From Escherichia coli (GTDB taxonomy: Bacteria; Pseudomonadota; Gammaproteobacteria; Enterobacterales; Enterobacteriaceae): 64,000 nucleotides of DNA. Of this stretch, positions 48,609-57,734 are shown piece after piece. The notes under the pieces are model-generated. The model ran no database searches. It saw only the letters and a program-made list of their open reading frames with translations, and was not told where the DNA came from. The stretch's first letter is position 1. Each line of letters begins with the position of its first letter. The stretch lies in NCBI RefSeq assembly GCF_050920415.1, contig NZ_CP169309.1. One strand, written 5' to 3'. The position numbers were made by a program, and so were the translations under genes.

Positions 48609-48791
48609 TTAGATGATAAATGACAGCAGGAATGTGCCCGCCAGAGCGACGACTGAAGCGATAAATGTCGCTGTCGTATAGTATTTATATGTTTCACTGA
48701 GCGTAGCGCCGCAAAATTGTTTCATCAGCCAGAAAAACGAGTCCGTAACGATCGTGCAGCCAATCGCAATAATTTCCGGGCTGATGTCTGG
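48609..48791 (-). pseudogene. dsdX: 3' remnant of dsdX (D-serine permease, GntP family): only the last 60 codons remain
   Basis: Minus-strand frame translates to ...[56 protein letters not shown], a GntP-type C-terminus, 17 nt upstream of the dsdA start; the frame is closed by a stop at 48792-48794. Confidence 0.6.
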
Positions 48792-49047
48792 TTACAGCCA
48801 CAGCACAATGATCCATATTTATATTTTTTCTCCGGGTGGGTGATGCCAGTCGGCATGTTTTACCTACTTGTCTGCATGGTGACTCGTTGGCGAGAACAGA
48901 GGCGGAATTGGTTACAATTGTCCGGGAATTCTTGTTATTTTTTACTGTATTGTCGTGTCGGGTGATAGGACGTTAAGAATATCGCTGGATCTCGCCAGTG
49001 ACGTCTGTTTCTGCTACAGTGCCCGTTTTACGGCAAACGGCTTGGGT

Positions 49048-50043
49048 ATGGCTTCATTAAAGGATGTCGCACGCCTGGCGGGAGTGTCGATGATGACTGT
49101 CTCCCGGGTGATGCATAATGCAGAATCTGTGCGTCCTGCAACGCGTGACCGCGTATTGCAGGCAATCCAAACCCTGAATTATGTTCCTGATCTTTCCGCT
49201 CGTAAGATGCGCGCTCAGGGACGTAAGCCGTCGACTCTCGCCGTGCTGGCGCAGGATACTGCTACCACTCCTTTCTCTGTTGATATTCTGCTTGCCATTG
49301 AACAAACCGCCAGCGAGTTTGGCTGGAATAGTTTTTTAATCAATATTTTTTCTGAAGATGACGCTGCCCGCGCGGCACGTCAGCTGCTTGCCCTCCGTCC
49401 GGATGGCATTATCTATACTACAATGGGACTGAGGCATATCACGCTGCCTGAGTCTCTGCATGGTGAAAATATTGTATTGGCGAACTGTGTGGCGGATGAC
49501 CCAGCGTTACCCAGTTATATCCCTGATGATTACACTGCCCAATATGAAGCAACACAGCATTTGCTCGCGGCGGGCTATCGTCAACCGTTATGCTTCTGGC
49601 TACCGGAAGGTGCGTTGGCAACAGGGTATCGTCGGCAGGGATTTGAGCAGGCCTGGCGTGATGCTGGACGAGATCTGGCTGAGGTGAAACAATTTCACAT
49701 GGCCATAGGTGATGATCACTACACCGATCTCGCAAGTATACTCAATGCCCACTTCCAGTCTGGAAAACCAGATTTTGATGTTCTGATTTGTGGTAACGAT
49801 CGCGCAGCCTTTGTGGCTTATCAGGTTCTTCTGGCGAAGGGGGTACGTATCCCGCAGGATGTCGCCGTAATGGGCTTTGATAATCTGGTTGGCGTCGGGC
49901 ATCTGTTTTTACCGCCGCTGACCACAATTCAGCTTCCACATGACATTATCGGGCGGGAAGCTGCATTGCATATTATTGAAGGTCGTGAAGGGGGAAGGGT
50001 AACGCAGATCCCTTGCCCGCTGTTGCTCCGTTGTTCCACCTGA
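49048..50043 (+). CDS. cscR: LacI-family sucrose operon repressor CscR
   Basis: N-terminal HTH (MASLKDVARLAGVSMMTVSRV) plus periplasmic-binding-like fold; start chosen at this Met rather than the ORF-track start 31 codons upstream. Confidence 0.85.
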   Translation: MASLKDVARLAGVSMMTVSRVMHNAESVRPATRDRVLQAIQTLNYVPDLSARKMRAQGRKPSTLAVLAQDTATTPFSVDILLAIEQTASEFGWNSFLINIFSEDDAARAARQLLALRPDGIIYTTMGLRHITLPESLHGENIVLANCVADDPALPSYIPDDYTAQYEATQHLLAAGYRQPLCFWLPEGALATGYRRQGFEQAWRDAGRDLAEVKQFHMAIGDDHYTDLASILNAHFQSGKPDFDVLICGNDRAAFVAYQVLLAKGVRIPQDVAVMGFDNLVGVGHLFLPPLTTIQLPHDIIGREAALHIIEGREGGRVTQIPCPLLLRCST

Positions 50044-50050
50044 TATTATG

Positions 50051-51484
50051 TTACCCCAGTTGCCAGAGTGCTCCATGTTGCAGCACGGCCACTCCGTGGG
50101 CGGCATAGAGCGACAGTTCCCGTTCTTCTGGCTGCGGATAGATTCGGCTACTCATCACAGCTTCCCCGTCGTTAATAAATACTTCCACGGATGATGTATC
50201 GATAAATATCCTTAGGGCGAGCGTGTCACGCTGCGGGAGGGGAATACTACGGTAACCATCTAAATTCTCGTGTGGGTAATACCGCCACAAAACAAGTCGC
50301 TCAGATTGGTTATCAATATACAGCCGCATTCCCGTGCCGAGCTGTAATCCGTAATGTTCGGCATCGCTGTTCTTCAGAGCCCAGTGCAACTGAATCTCAA
50401 CCGCTTGCGCGTTTTCCTGCAAAACATATTTGTTGCTGATTGTGTGGGGAGAGATTGATTGATGCTGCTGGCGTAACGACTCAGCTTCGTGTACCGGGCG
50501 TTGTAGGAGTTTGCCATTGCTCTCTGAAAGCTCGCGCGCCAGCGTCATGCAGCCTGCCCAGCCTTCACGTTTTGAGGGCATTGGCGATTCCCACATATCC
50601 ATCCAGCCGATAACAATACGCCGACCATCCTTCGCTAAAAAGCTTTGTGGTGCATAAAAGTCATGCCCATTATCAAGTTCAGTAAAATGCCCGGATTGTG
50701 CAAAAAGTCGTCCTGGCGACCATATTCCGGGTATTACACCACTTTGAAAGCGATTTCGATAATTGTATCCCTCGGCATTCATTCCCTGCGGGGAAAACAT
50801 CAGATAATGTTGATCGCCAAGGCTGAAAAAGTCCGGACATTCCCACATATAGCTTTCACCCGCATCAGCGTGGGCCAGTACGCGATCGAAAGTCCATTCA
50901 CGCAATGAACTGCCGCGATAAAGCAGGATCTGTCCCGTGTTGCCTGGGTCTTTCGCCCCGACTACCATCCACCAGGTGTCGGCTTCACGCCACACTTTAG
51001 GATCGCGGAAGTGCATGATTCCTTCTGGTGGAGTGAGGATCACACCTTGTTTCTCGAAATGAATACCATCCCGGCTGGTAGCCAGACATTGTACTTCACG
51101 AATTGCATCGTCATTACCTGCACCATCGAGCCAGACGTGGCCGGTGTAGATAAGTGAGAGGACACCATTGTCATCAACAGCACTACCTGAAAAACACCCG
51201 TCTTTGTCATTCTCGTCTCCTGGCGCTAGCGCAATAGGCTCGTGCTGCCAGTGGATCATATCGTCGCTGGTGGCATGTCCCCAGTGCATTGGCCCCCAGT
51301 GTTCGCTCATCGGGTGATGCTGATAAAACGCGTGATAACGATTGTTAAACCAGATCAGGCCGTTTGGATCGTTCATCCACCCGGCTGGAGGCGCGAGGTG
51401 AAAATGGGGATAAAAAGTATTCCCCCGGCGCTCGTGAAGTTTTGCTAGTGCGTTTTGCGCCGCATGCAATCGAGATTGCGTCAT
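50051..51484 (-). CDS. cscA: Sucrose-6-phosphate hydrolase / invertase CscA (GH32)
   Basis: GH32 N-terminal catalytic motif (WMNDPNGL) and the RDP and EC motifs; start uncertain by 3 codons. Confidence 0.9.
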   Translation of the reverse strand: MTQSRLHAAQNALAKLHERRGNTFYPHFHLAPPAGWMNDPNGLIWFNNRYHAFYQHHPMSEHWGPMHWGHATSDDMIHWQHEPIALAPGDENDKDGCFSGSAVDDNGVLSLIYTGHVWLDGAGNDDAIREVQCLATSRDGIHFEKQGVILTPPEGIMHFRDPKVWREADTWWMVVGAKDPGNTGQILLYRGSSLREWTFDRVLAHADAGESYMWECPDFFSLGDQHYLMFSPQGMNAEGYNYRNRFQSGVIPGIWSPGRLFAQSGHFTELDNGHDFYAPQSFLAKDGRRIVIGWMDMWESPMPSKREGWAGCMTLARELSESNGKLLQRPVHEAESLRQQHQSISPHTISNKYVLQENAQAVEIQLHWALKNSDAEHYGLQLGTGMRLYIDNQSERLVLWRYYPHENLDGYRSIPLPQRDTLALRIFIDTSSVEVFINDGEAVMSSRIYPQPEERELSLYAAHGVAVLQHGALWQLG

Positions 51485-51699
51485 TTTAATCATCCTGGTT
51501 AAGCAAATTTGGTGAATTGTTAACGTTAACTTTTATAAAAATAAAGCCCCTTATCTTTATAAATGTGATTAATATCACAAATGTTAACGTTAACTATGAC
51601 GTTTTGTGATCGAATGTGCATGTTTTAGTAAATCCATGACGATTTTGCGAAAAAGAGGTTTATCACTATGCGTAAGTCAGATGAATTTGAGGGAAAAAA

Positions 51700-52614
51700 A
51701 TGTCAGCCAAAGTATGGGTTTTAGGGGATGCGGTTGTCGATCTCTTGCCTGAATCAGACGGGCGCCTACTGCCTTGTCCTGGCGGCGCGCCAGCTAACGT
51801 TGCGGTGGGAATCGCCAGATTAGGCGGAATAAGTGGGTTTATAGGCCGGGTGGGTGATGATCCTTTTGGCGCGTTAATGCAAAGAACGCTGCTAACGGAG
51901 GGAGTCGATATCACGTATCTGAAGCAGGATGAATGGCACCGAACATCCACGGTGCTTGTCGATCTGAACGATCAGGGGGAACGTTCATTTACGTTTATGG
52001 TCCGCCCTGGTGCCGATCTTTTTTTAGAGACGACTGACTTGCCCTTCTGGCGACATGGCGAATGGTTACATCTCTGTTCTATTGCGTTGTCTGCTGAACC
52101 TTCGCGTACCAGCGCATTTACTGCGATGACGGCGATCCGGCATGCCGGAGGTTTTGTCAGCTTCGATCCCAATATTCGTGAAGATCTGTGGCAAGACGAG
52201 CATTTGCTCCGCTTGTGTTTGCGACAGGCGCTACAACTGGCGGATGTCGTCAAGCTCTCGGAAGAAGAATGGCGACTTATCAGCGGAAAAACACAGAACG
52301 ATCGGGATATATGTGCTCTGGCAAAAGAGTATGAGATCGCCATGCTGTTGGTGACTAAAGGTGCAGAAGGGGTGGTGGTCTGTTATCGAGGACAAGTTCA
52401 CCATTTTGCTGGAATGTCTGTGAATTGTGTCGATAGCACGGGGGCGGGAGATGCGTTCGTTGCCGGGTTACTCACAGGTCTTTCCTCTACGGGATTAGAG
52501 ACCGATGAGAGAGAAATGCGACGAATTATCGATCTCGCTCAACGTTGTGGAGCGCTTGCAGTAACGGCGAAAGGGGCAATGACAGCGCTGCCATGTCGAC
52601 AAGATCTGGAATAG
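51700..52614 (+). CDS. cscK: Fructokinase CscK (PfkB/ribokinase family)
   Basis: 304 aa; PfkB signature (DSTGAGDAFVAG). Confidence 0.9.
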   Translation: MSAKVWVLGDAVVDLLPESDGRLLPCPGGAPANVAVGIARLGGISGFIGRVGDDPFGALMQRTLLTEGVDITYLKQDEWHRTSTVLVDLNDQGERSFTFMVRPGADLFLETTDLPFWRHGEWLHLCSIALSAEPSRTSAFTAMTAIRHAGGFVSFDPNIREDLWQDEHLLRLCLRQALQLADVVKLSEEEWRLISGKTQNDRDICALAKEYEIAMLLVTKGAEGVVVCYRGQVHHFAGMSVNCVDSTGAGDAFVAGLLTGLSSTGLETDEREMRRIIDLAQRCGALAVTAKGAMTALPCRQDLE

Positions 52615-52685
52615 TGAGAAATAAACGGCGAGGCCGTTCTTGTCTCTGAATAGGACGTGAATATTTTAACGACAGGCAGGTAATT

Positions 52686-53933
52686 ATGGCACTGAATATA
52701 CCATTCAGAAATGTGTACTATCGTTTTGCATCCAGTTACTCATTTCTCTTTTTTATTTCCTGGTCGCTGTGGTGGTCGTTATACGCTATTTGGCTGAAAG
52801 GACATCTAGGGTTGACTGGGACGGAATTAGGTACACTTTATTCGGTCAACCAGTTTACCAGTATTCTATTTATGATGGTCTACGGCATCGTCCAGGATAA
52901 ACTCGGTCTGAAGAAACCGCTTATCTGGTGTATGAGTTTCATCCTGGTCTTGACCGGACCGTTTATGATTTACGTTTATGAACCGTTACTGCAAAGCAAT
53001 TTTTCTGTAGGTCTAATTTTGGGGGCGCTCTTTTTTGGCTTGGGGTATCTGGCGGGCTGCGGTCTGCTTGATAGCTTCACCGAAAAAATGGCACGAAATT
53101 TTCATTTCGAATATGGAACAGCGCGCGCCTGGGGATCTTTTGGCTATGCGATTGGCGCGTTCTTTGCTGGCATATTTTTCAGTATCAGTCCCCATATCAA
53201 CTTCTGGTTGGTTTCGCTATTTGGCGCTGTATTTATGATGATCAACATGCGTTTTAAATATCAGGATCAGCAGTGCGTAGCGGCAGATGCGGGAGGGGTA
53301 AAAAAAGAGGATTTTATTGCAGTTTTCAAGGACCGAAACTTCTGGATTTTCGTCATATTTATTGTGGGGACGTGGTCTTTCTATAACATTTTTGATCAAC
53401 AGCTCTTTCCTGTTTTTTATGCAGGTTTATTCGAATCACACGATGTAGGAACGCGCCTGTATGGTTATCTCAACTCATTCCAGGTTGTACTCGAAGCGCT
53501 GTGCATGGCCATTATTCCTTTCTTTGTTAATCGGGTAGGGCCAAAAAATGCATTACTTATCGGTGTTGTGATTATGGCGTTGCGTATTCTTTCCTGCGCA
53601 CTGTTCGTTAATCCCTGGATTATTTCATTAGTGAAGCTTTTACATGCCATTGAGGTTCCACTGTGTGTCATTTCCGTCTTCAAATACAGCGTGGCAAACT
53701 TTGATAAACGCCTGTCGTCGACGATCTTTCTGATTGGTTTTCAAATTGCCAGTTCGTTGGGGATTGTGTTGCTTTCAACGCCGACTGGAATACTTTTTGA
53801 CCATGCAGGTTACCAGACGGTTTTCTTCGTAATTTCGGGTATTGTCTGCCTGATGTTGTTATTTGGCATTTTCTTCCTGAGTAAAAAACGTGAGCAAATG
53901 GTGATGGAAACGCCTGTACCTTCTGCAATATAG
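52686..53933 (+). CDS. cscB: Sucrose:H+ symporter CscB (MFS, LacY-like)
   Basis: 415 aa, 12-TM oligosaccharide:H+ symporter family. Confidence 0.9.
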   Translation: MALNIPFRNVYYRFASSYSFLFFISWSLWWSLYAIWLKGHLGLTGTELGTLYSVNQFTSILFMMVYGIVQDKLGLKKPLIWCMSFILVLTGPFMIYVYEPLLQSNFSVGLILGALFFGLGYLAGCGLLDSFTEKMARNFHFEYGTARAWGSFGYAIGAFFAGIFFSISPHINFWLVSLFGAVFMMINMRFKYQDQQCVAADAGGVKKEDFIAVFKDRNFWIFVIFIVGTWSFYNIFDQQLFPVFYAGLFESHDVGTRLYGYLNSFQVVLEALCMAIIPFFVNRVGPKNALLIGVVIMALRILSCALFVNPWIISLVKLLHAIEVPLCVISVFKYSVANFDKRLSSTIFLIGFQIASSLGIVLLSTPTGILFDHAGYQTVFFVISGIVCLMLLFGIFFLSKKREQMVMETPVPSAI

Positions 53934-54368
53934 ACGTAAACTCTTTCCGGTTGTTGTCGATAGCTCTATATCCCTCAACCGGAAAATAATAATACCAAAA
54001 TGCTTAGCGCGGCTAATAATCGCCTAATCCAAACGCCTCATTCATGTTCTGGAACAGCCGCTCAAATGTACTCAGGATACGCGGTTCGCTGATTTCCAGG
54101 AAATTGTCGTAATTCAGCGACCTGTCCCGTGTATCACGGGCCTGCTAATCCATCAAGGAATGCATTGCGGAGTGAAGTATCGAGTCAAGCCAGATTTCGC
54201 GATCAGGATTCTGTGTGATGATTACATTGCCAGGCCCGGGGCTGTTTAGTCATCGCCGCACAGTGCTGAGATTTCAACCTGTTGCAGGGAAAATGAGTAG
54301 ATTTAGGGCAAGTGTGCTGCCAAACCCAACTTTTACGCGGGGAAGGTAGATTTCGTTGGAAGGATAAA

Positions 54369-54383
54369 TGGTGTCCCCTGCAG
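54369..54383 (-). repeat. att core: 15-nt copy of the 3' end of tRNA-Arg argW (CTGCAGGGGACACCA on the minus strand)
   Basis: Exact match to the recalled argW 3' end; no complete tRNA gene here, so this is the duplicated core at the int-distal prophage junction. Confidence 0.7.
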
Positions 54384-54456
54384 ACATCTACTTGAAGCGA
54401 CAGGGGATTGATTGGAATGGTGTTTTTTAGATGTGAGAAATATTTTACCCGCTATT

Positions 54457-54657
54457 TTACCCATTGGCGCGGCTTAAGAGCTTATTTTTGAATTCACAAT
54501 GGTCACGATATAACCATCTTGCTCGCCCGTGGATAACTTTGGCTTTTGGCAGGTCGCCGGACTTAATCCGGTCATAGATGAAGGTTTTACCAAAGCCAGT
54601 ATCGGCCATGATGAATTTCAAATCAACCAGTGAATCAGGCTGTAGTTCGTGTTGCAT
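54457..54657 (-). CDS. torI: Excisionase / recombination directionality factor TorI (AlpA-like winged helix)
   Basis: 66-aa product MQHELQPDSLVDLKFIMADTGFGKTFIYDRIKSGDLPKAKVIHGRARWLYRDHCEFKNKLLSRANG matches my recollection of KplE1 TorI. Confidence 0.8.
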   Translation of the reverse strand: MQHELQPDSLVDLKFIMADTGFGKTFIYDRIKSGDLPKAKVIHGRARWLYRDHCEFKNKLLSRANG

Positions 54658-54701
54658 GAGTGCTATCTCCGAATAGGGAATCGAACCTGCAAATCAGGCA
54701 A

Positions 54702-54722
54702 TAAAAAACCGCATTGATGCGG
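54702..54722 (-). terminator. Rho-independent terminator downstream of the leftward early operon
   Basis: ccgca/tgcgg hairpin followed on the minus strand by T6. Confidence 0.55.
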
Positions 54723-54782
54723 CGATGGTAGGTCTGGATATCATTGAGAAATGAACAGGCCTCATCGAGTGTGAGGCTGTGG

Positions 54783-55127
54783 TTAGTCCTTGCGTAACTC
54801 GCTAATTCTTCTGTAAGTCTCTGGTGCTTTGTTTCCGTGTATCTTCATTTCAGACTTCAACAGAGCAACGAGGGAATCCCATTCGTTGAGGATGCCTTTG
54901 AATGCCGGAACGCGCTTTGCAACCTTGTTGAATGAATCTCTGATTTCTGGAATCTGCTCAACAAGTGCAACGCATCGTCTGAAATCGGCTGCGTCATGGG
55001 GAGCGCCGAAGCTATGACCATAGATATTCTTTTTCAGTCCACATGCGATTGAGGCAAGAGTTGCGCTACTGATGCCAACATCGCCAGTCGATTGCCATTT
55101 CAAAACCTTCATAGCCAAATCTGACAT
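54783..55127 (-). CDS. Hypothetical prophage early protein (114 aa)
   Basis: ORF only; no recognised motif. Confidence 0.5.
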   Translation of the reverse strand: MSDLAMKVLKWQSTGDVGISSATLASIACGLKKNIYGHSFGAPHDAADFRRCVALVEQIPEIRDSFNKVAKRVPAFKGILNEWDSLVALLKSEMKIHGNKAPETYRRISELRKD

Positions 55128-55227
55128 TTCTTGTCTCCATAAAACAAAACTCGCCGTAGCGAGTTCAGATAAAATAAATCCCCGCGAGTGCGAGGATTGT
55201 TATTCACCTTTAACGGCAAGTTGCAGG

Positions 55228-55896
55228 TTAGCCACGGTTTACCTCCTGAGGCGGTTCTGCTGCAAAATACGCAATACCTTTATCCCAGATGGATTTAATG
55301 GTCGTCCACGTGACTGGTACTTTAATTTCAATCCGCCCGCTACCGTCACAGGTATCGCAATCATCATCGCCAAAGCATTCCGGGCAGCTGATAAACGTAG
55401 TTTCTGAAAATTCACCGGATAGCGCACCCTTAGCGCCGTTCTCGGCTGTTAGTCTCTTCGGCACCATGACCCAACCATCCGGAGTTACCGGAGAGTTGCC
55501 CGACAGCTCGTTCAACTTGTAAGTTTGGCTTACAGGTTCGGCTTCCAGTTCTGCTATGCGTTTTTTTGCTGCTTCCAGCTCAACACGCAGCCTCCCAACC
55601 GTTAGTGCAATATTCTCGTTCTCCTGGTCGCGGTGTTTGATGTATTGCTGGTTTCTTTCCCGTTCATCCAGCAGCGCCTGCACTACTTCAGGGTTGAAAG
55701 CTGCGATATAACGAGCGTTGTTCTCTGCGTTTTTCTGTCCATCAAAGCCGGTCCATTTGATAACGTCTTCACATCGTTTATCACCGGGCGTATGCACCGC
55801 ATACGTACCAGTACCCGGTGAAATAAATGCGGACCATTCGCCTTGTGTTGCCTTTTTTGCTATCTCACGCAGTGCCTGATAGTCAATCTTGCTCAC
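55228..55896 (-). CDS. Ea22-like prophage protein with DnaJ-type CxxCxGxG zinc-finger pair
   Basis: Start placed at the GTG preceded by AGGAGG (the ORF-track ATG would overlap the upstream gene by about 100 nt); coiled-coil middle; CPECFGDD and CDTCDGSG motifs. Confidence 0.55.
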   Translation of the reverse strand: MSKIDYQALREIAKKATQGEWSAFISPGTGTYAVHTPGDKRCEDVIKWTGFDGQKNAENNARYIAAFNPEVVQALLDERERNQQYIKHRDQENENIALTVGRLRVELEAAKKRIAELEAEPVSQTYKLNELSGNSPVTPDGWVMVPKRLTAENGAKGALSGEFSETTFISCPECFGDDDCDTCDGSGRIEIKVPVTWTTIKSIWDKGIAYFAAEPPQEVNRG

Positions 55897-56200
55897 TGGC
55901 TGCCTCCTTTGCTGGGCTTTCGAACTTCTGAGTGGTTGTATCAAACTCAAGCAACTTAACCACGTCATCAAACAGGACATAATCGCCATCAGAATCTTCA
56001 GTCATGTCAGCGCCACAATCCTGACCGAACGAGTCACAACCATCCATATCAAGCTCGTATCGCTTGAGTTTTGCGATATTTGATAAATTCAGCGCCAGTA
56101 CAGCAAGGTCATAAACCTCGTCAGCGGTATACCCGGCACCATGCCCATACATTTCAATGCGGGATATGATTTCTTCTACACGTTGTTTTGTGATCGTCAT
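55883..56200 (-). CDS. Hypothetical acidic prophage protein (105 aa)
   Basis: ORF translationally coupled to neighbours. Confidence 0.5.
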   Translation of the reverse strand: MTITKQRVEEIISRIEMYGHGAGYTADEVYDLAVLALNLSNIAKLKRYELDMDGCDSFGQDCGADMTEDSDGDYVLFDDVVKLLEFDTTTQKFESPAKEAASEQD

Positions 56201-56742
56201 TTTTGCTCACCTCCCTGTTCTTCCAGAAAAATACGCATAGCCTCAAGCATCTCTTCGGTGTCATACGGTGACAACTTGTCACGCAGGATGTGCTCAATGC
56301 TGTTAATGAACTTGCGGATTGCTTTGCGTTCAATTTCAGCCAGGAAAGCATCGGTGGCTGGGGTGTCTGATTGCAGAGACTTTGCGCGATAGTCATTCCA
56401 CCCTCTTGCATACATGGGATTAACTTGCACTCCATCTTTTACGCAATATGCCTGCCCTCCACGGTTGATAACATTGATTTCGTCCATAGCGCCAGCCTTC
56501 AGCCCCGCATTCTCCGCCGCCAGCGCCGAAAACTTCTCGTGTGCCAACTTAACAGCTGCATCAGCCTGCTTAATTGACTCAATCGCTTTCTGGTGGTCTT
56601 CGTACAGAGCCGAAATCTTGGCCTCCGCTTCAGCAAATTTACGCACCAGATATTCAGCGTTTGTTTCGTTAACCTTTAAATCTCGGGGGATGCATTTACC
56701 TTTCAGAAATCCATCCATCTCAATTAGTGACATTTGTTTCAT
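56197..56742 (-). CDS. Hypothetical prophage protein with coiled-coil region (181 aa)
   Basis: ORF; start overlaps stop of upstream small ORF (ATGA). Confidence 0.5.
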   Translation of the reverse strand: MKQMSLIEMDGFLKGKCIPRDLKVNETNAEYLVRKFAEAEAKISALYEDHQKAIESIKQADAAVKLAHEKFSALAAENAGLKAGAMDEINVINRGGQAYCVKDGVQVNPMYARGWNDYRAKSLQSDTPATDAFLAEIERKAIRKFINSIEHILRDKLSPYDTEEMLEAMRIFLEEQGGEQK

Positions 56743-56903
56743 TTCTTCCCACTCCGCAACATCGCGTTCAGATATTTGTTTTGATTCACTGAAGGAAAAG
56801 AATTTCTCTTAAGCAATTCCTCTCTCGATGGCATTGGCTTTACGCGTTGGCGAATAATCATTTCTGCCGGAAGAATTCCGGGATTGTATGCAAGTCCTCT
56901 CAT
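56739..56903 (-). CDS. Small ORF (54 aa), not in the supplied track
   Basis: ATG preceded by AAAGAGGA RBS, fills the gap between flanking genes, stop overlaps next start (ATGA); product [54 protein letters not shown]. Confidence 0.4.
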   Translation of the reverse strand: MRGLAYNPGILPAEMIIRQRVKPMPSREELLKRNSFPSVNQNKYLNAMLRSGKK

Positions 56904-56919
56904 GGTAAATTCCTCTTTG

Positions 56920-57234
56920 TTAATTTATTCGTATGCCTGTTCTCTCTTCATCAAGTTTTTTTAGCTTGTATCGCATAGCTCTTACTGAATAAATTGAGCG
57001 GCAGGTTGCAATTGCTATTTCTTCTGCGGAGAACTTACCGAAAAGTGATACTTCGGCTCTTGTCCAGCGTCTTCCACGAAGTCGGCTAACAATGTCAGCT
57101 CCAATCCTTGTTGCTTTCGCCATTACTGCTTTTTCAGTCCTTTCCAGTTTTTCAGCGATAACTTCAACTGGCATTGTCGCCGCCACTTCGCGCAAGAAAT
57201 CGACTTCCCATTTCTCCCATGGAGTCTTTTTCAT
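56920..57234 (-). CDS. Hypothetical prophage protein (104 aa)
   Basis: ORF in the operon. Confidence 0.5.
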   Translation of the reverse strand: MKKTPWEKWEVDFLREVAATMPVEVIAEKLERTEKAVMAKATRIGADIVSRLRGRRWTRAEVSLFGKFSAEEIAIATCRSIYSVRAMRYKLKKLDEERTGIRIN

Positions 57235-57245
57235 AGGCGATACCG

Positions 57246-57734
57246 TTATTTGATAAGAAGTGAAGGTTTCCCAACTTTGAGTTGAGCGCCGGGGATATTT
57301 ATTCCTGCTTTTAGTTGGTGTTTGATTGCCAGTTTGTCGGCTTTAATTGTTGTTTCAAACTCAACGTATTCTGGAGGAAGGGCGCTTGAGTCGATGATTT
57401 CTACAGTTTCTGACGGTTTGCGGATTGTTACCTGGTGAATACCTGCTCGAATCTTTTTCTTTCCAACCATTTCAAGCGATGACGCTATATACGTCATAAT
57501 GCTATCAATCTTATTTTGAATTACTGCTGCTCTTTCATTCAGTGACTTTGCCTCTTCCTTGAGGCGTTCAGCATAACCAGACTCATTTTTAATAATGGCA
57601 AGAAGTTGCTCTATTTTATCGGTAAATTCTCCTTCCATGCCTTCTATTGTGTCAGCAATCATCTCTGGTTCTAAATCTGAATCCATCAATTTTGCGTATT
57701 CATTGGCAATTTCATACAGTTTGCTCACTGGCAA
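57246..57734 (-). CDS. Siphovirus Gp157-family protein
   Basis: 162-aa acidic coiled-coil protein immediately downstream of recT; family call from recall of recT-linked Gp157-like proteins. Confidence 0.5.
   Translation of the reverse strand: MPVSKLYEIANEYAKLMDSDLEPEMIADTIEGMEGEFTDKIEQLLAIIKNESGYAERLKEEAKSLNERAAVIQNKIDSIMTYIASSLEMVGKKKIRAGIHQVTIRKPSETVEIIDSSALPPEYVEFETTIKADKLAIKHQLKAGINIPGAQLKVGKPSLLIK

Larger units (their letters stand above)
48792..54368. mobile_element. Sucrose-utilisation (csc) island replacing dsdC and most of dsdX
   Basis: cscR, cscA, cscK and cscB inserted between the dsdX remnant and the argW-type att core. Confidence 0.75.

Noticed and set aside
48717-48965. 82-aa ORF between dsdA and cscR
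   Set aside because: Overlaps the dsdX remnant on the opposite strand and the cscR promoter/leader; likely non-coding junction DNA.
54678-54693. Possible additional tRNA gene near torI
   Set aside because: Only a 16-nt T-arm-like fragment matching argW; no acceptor stem, D-arm or anticodon arm, so it is a fragment or scar, not a gene.
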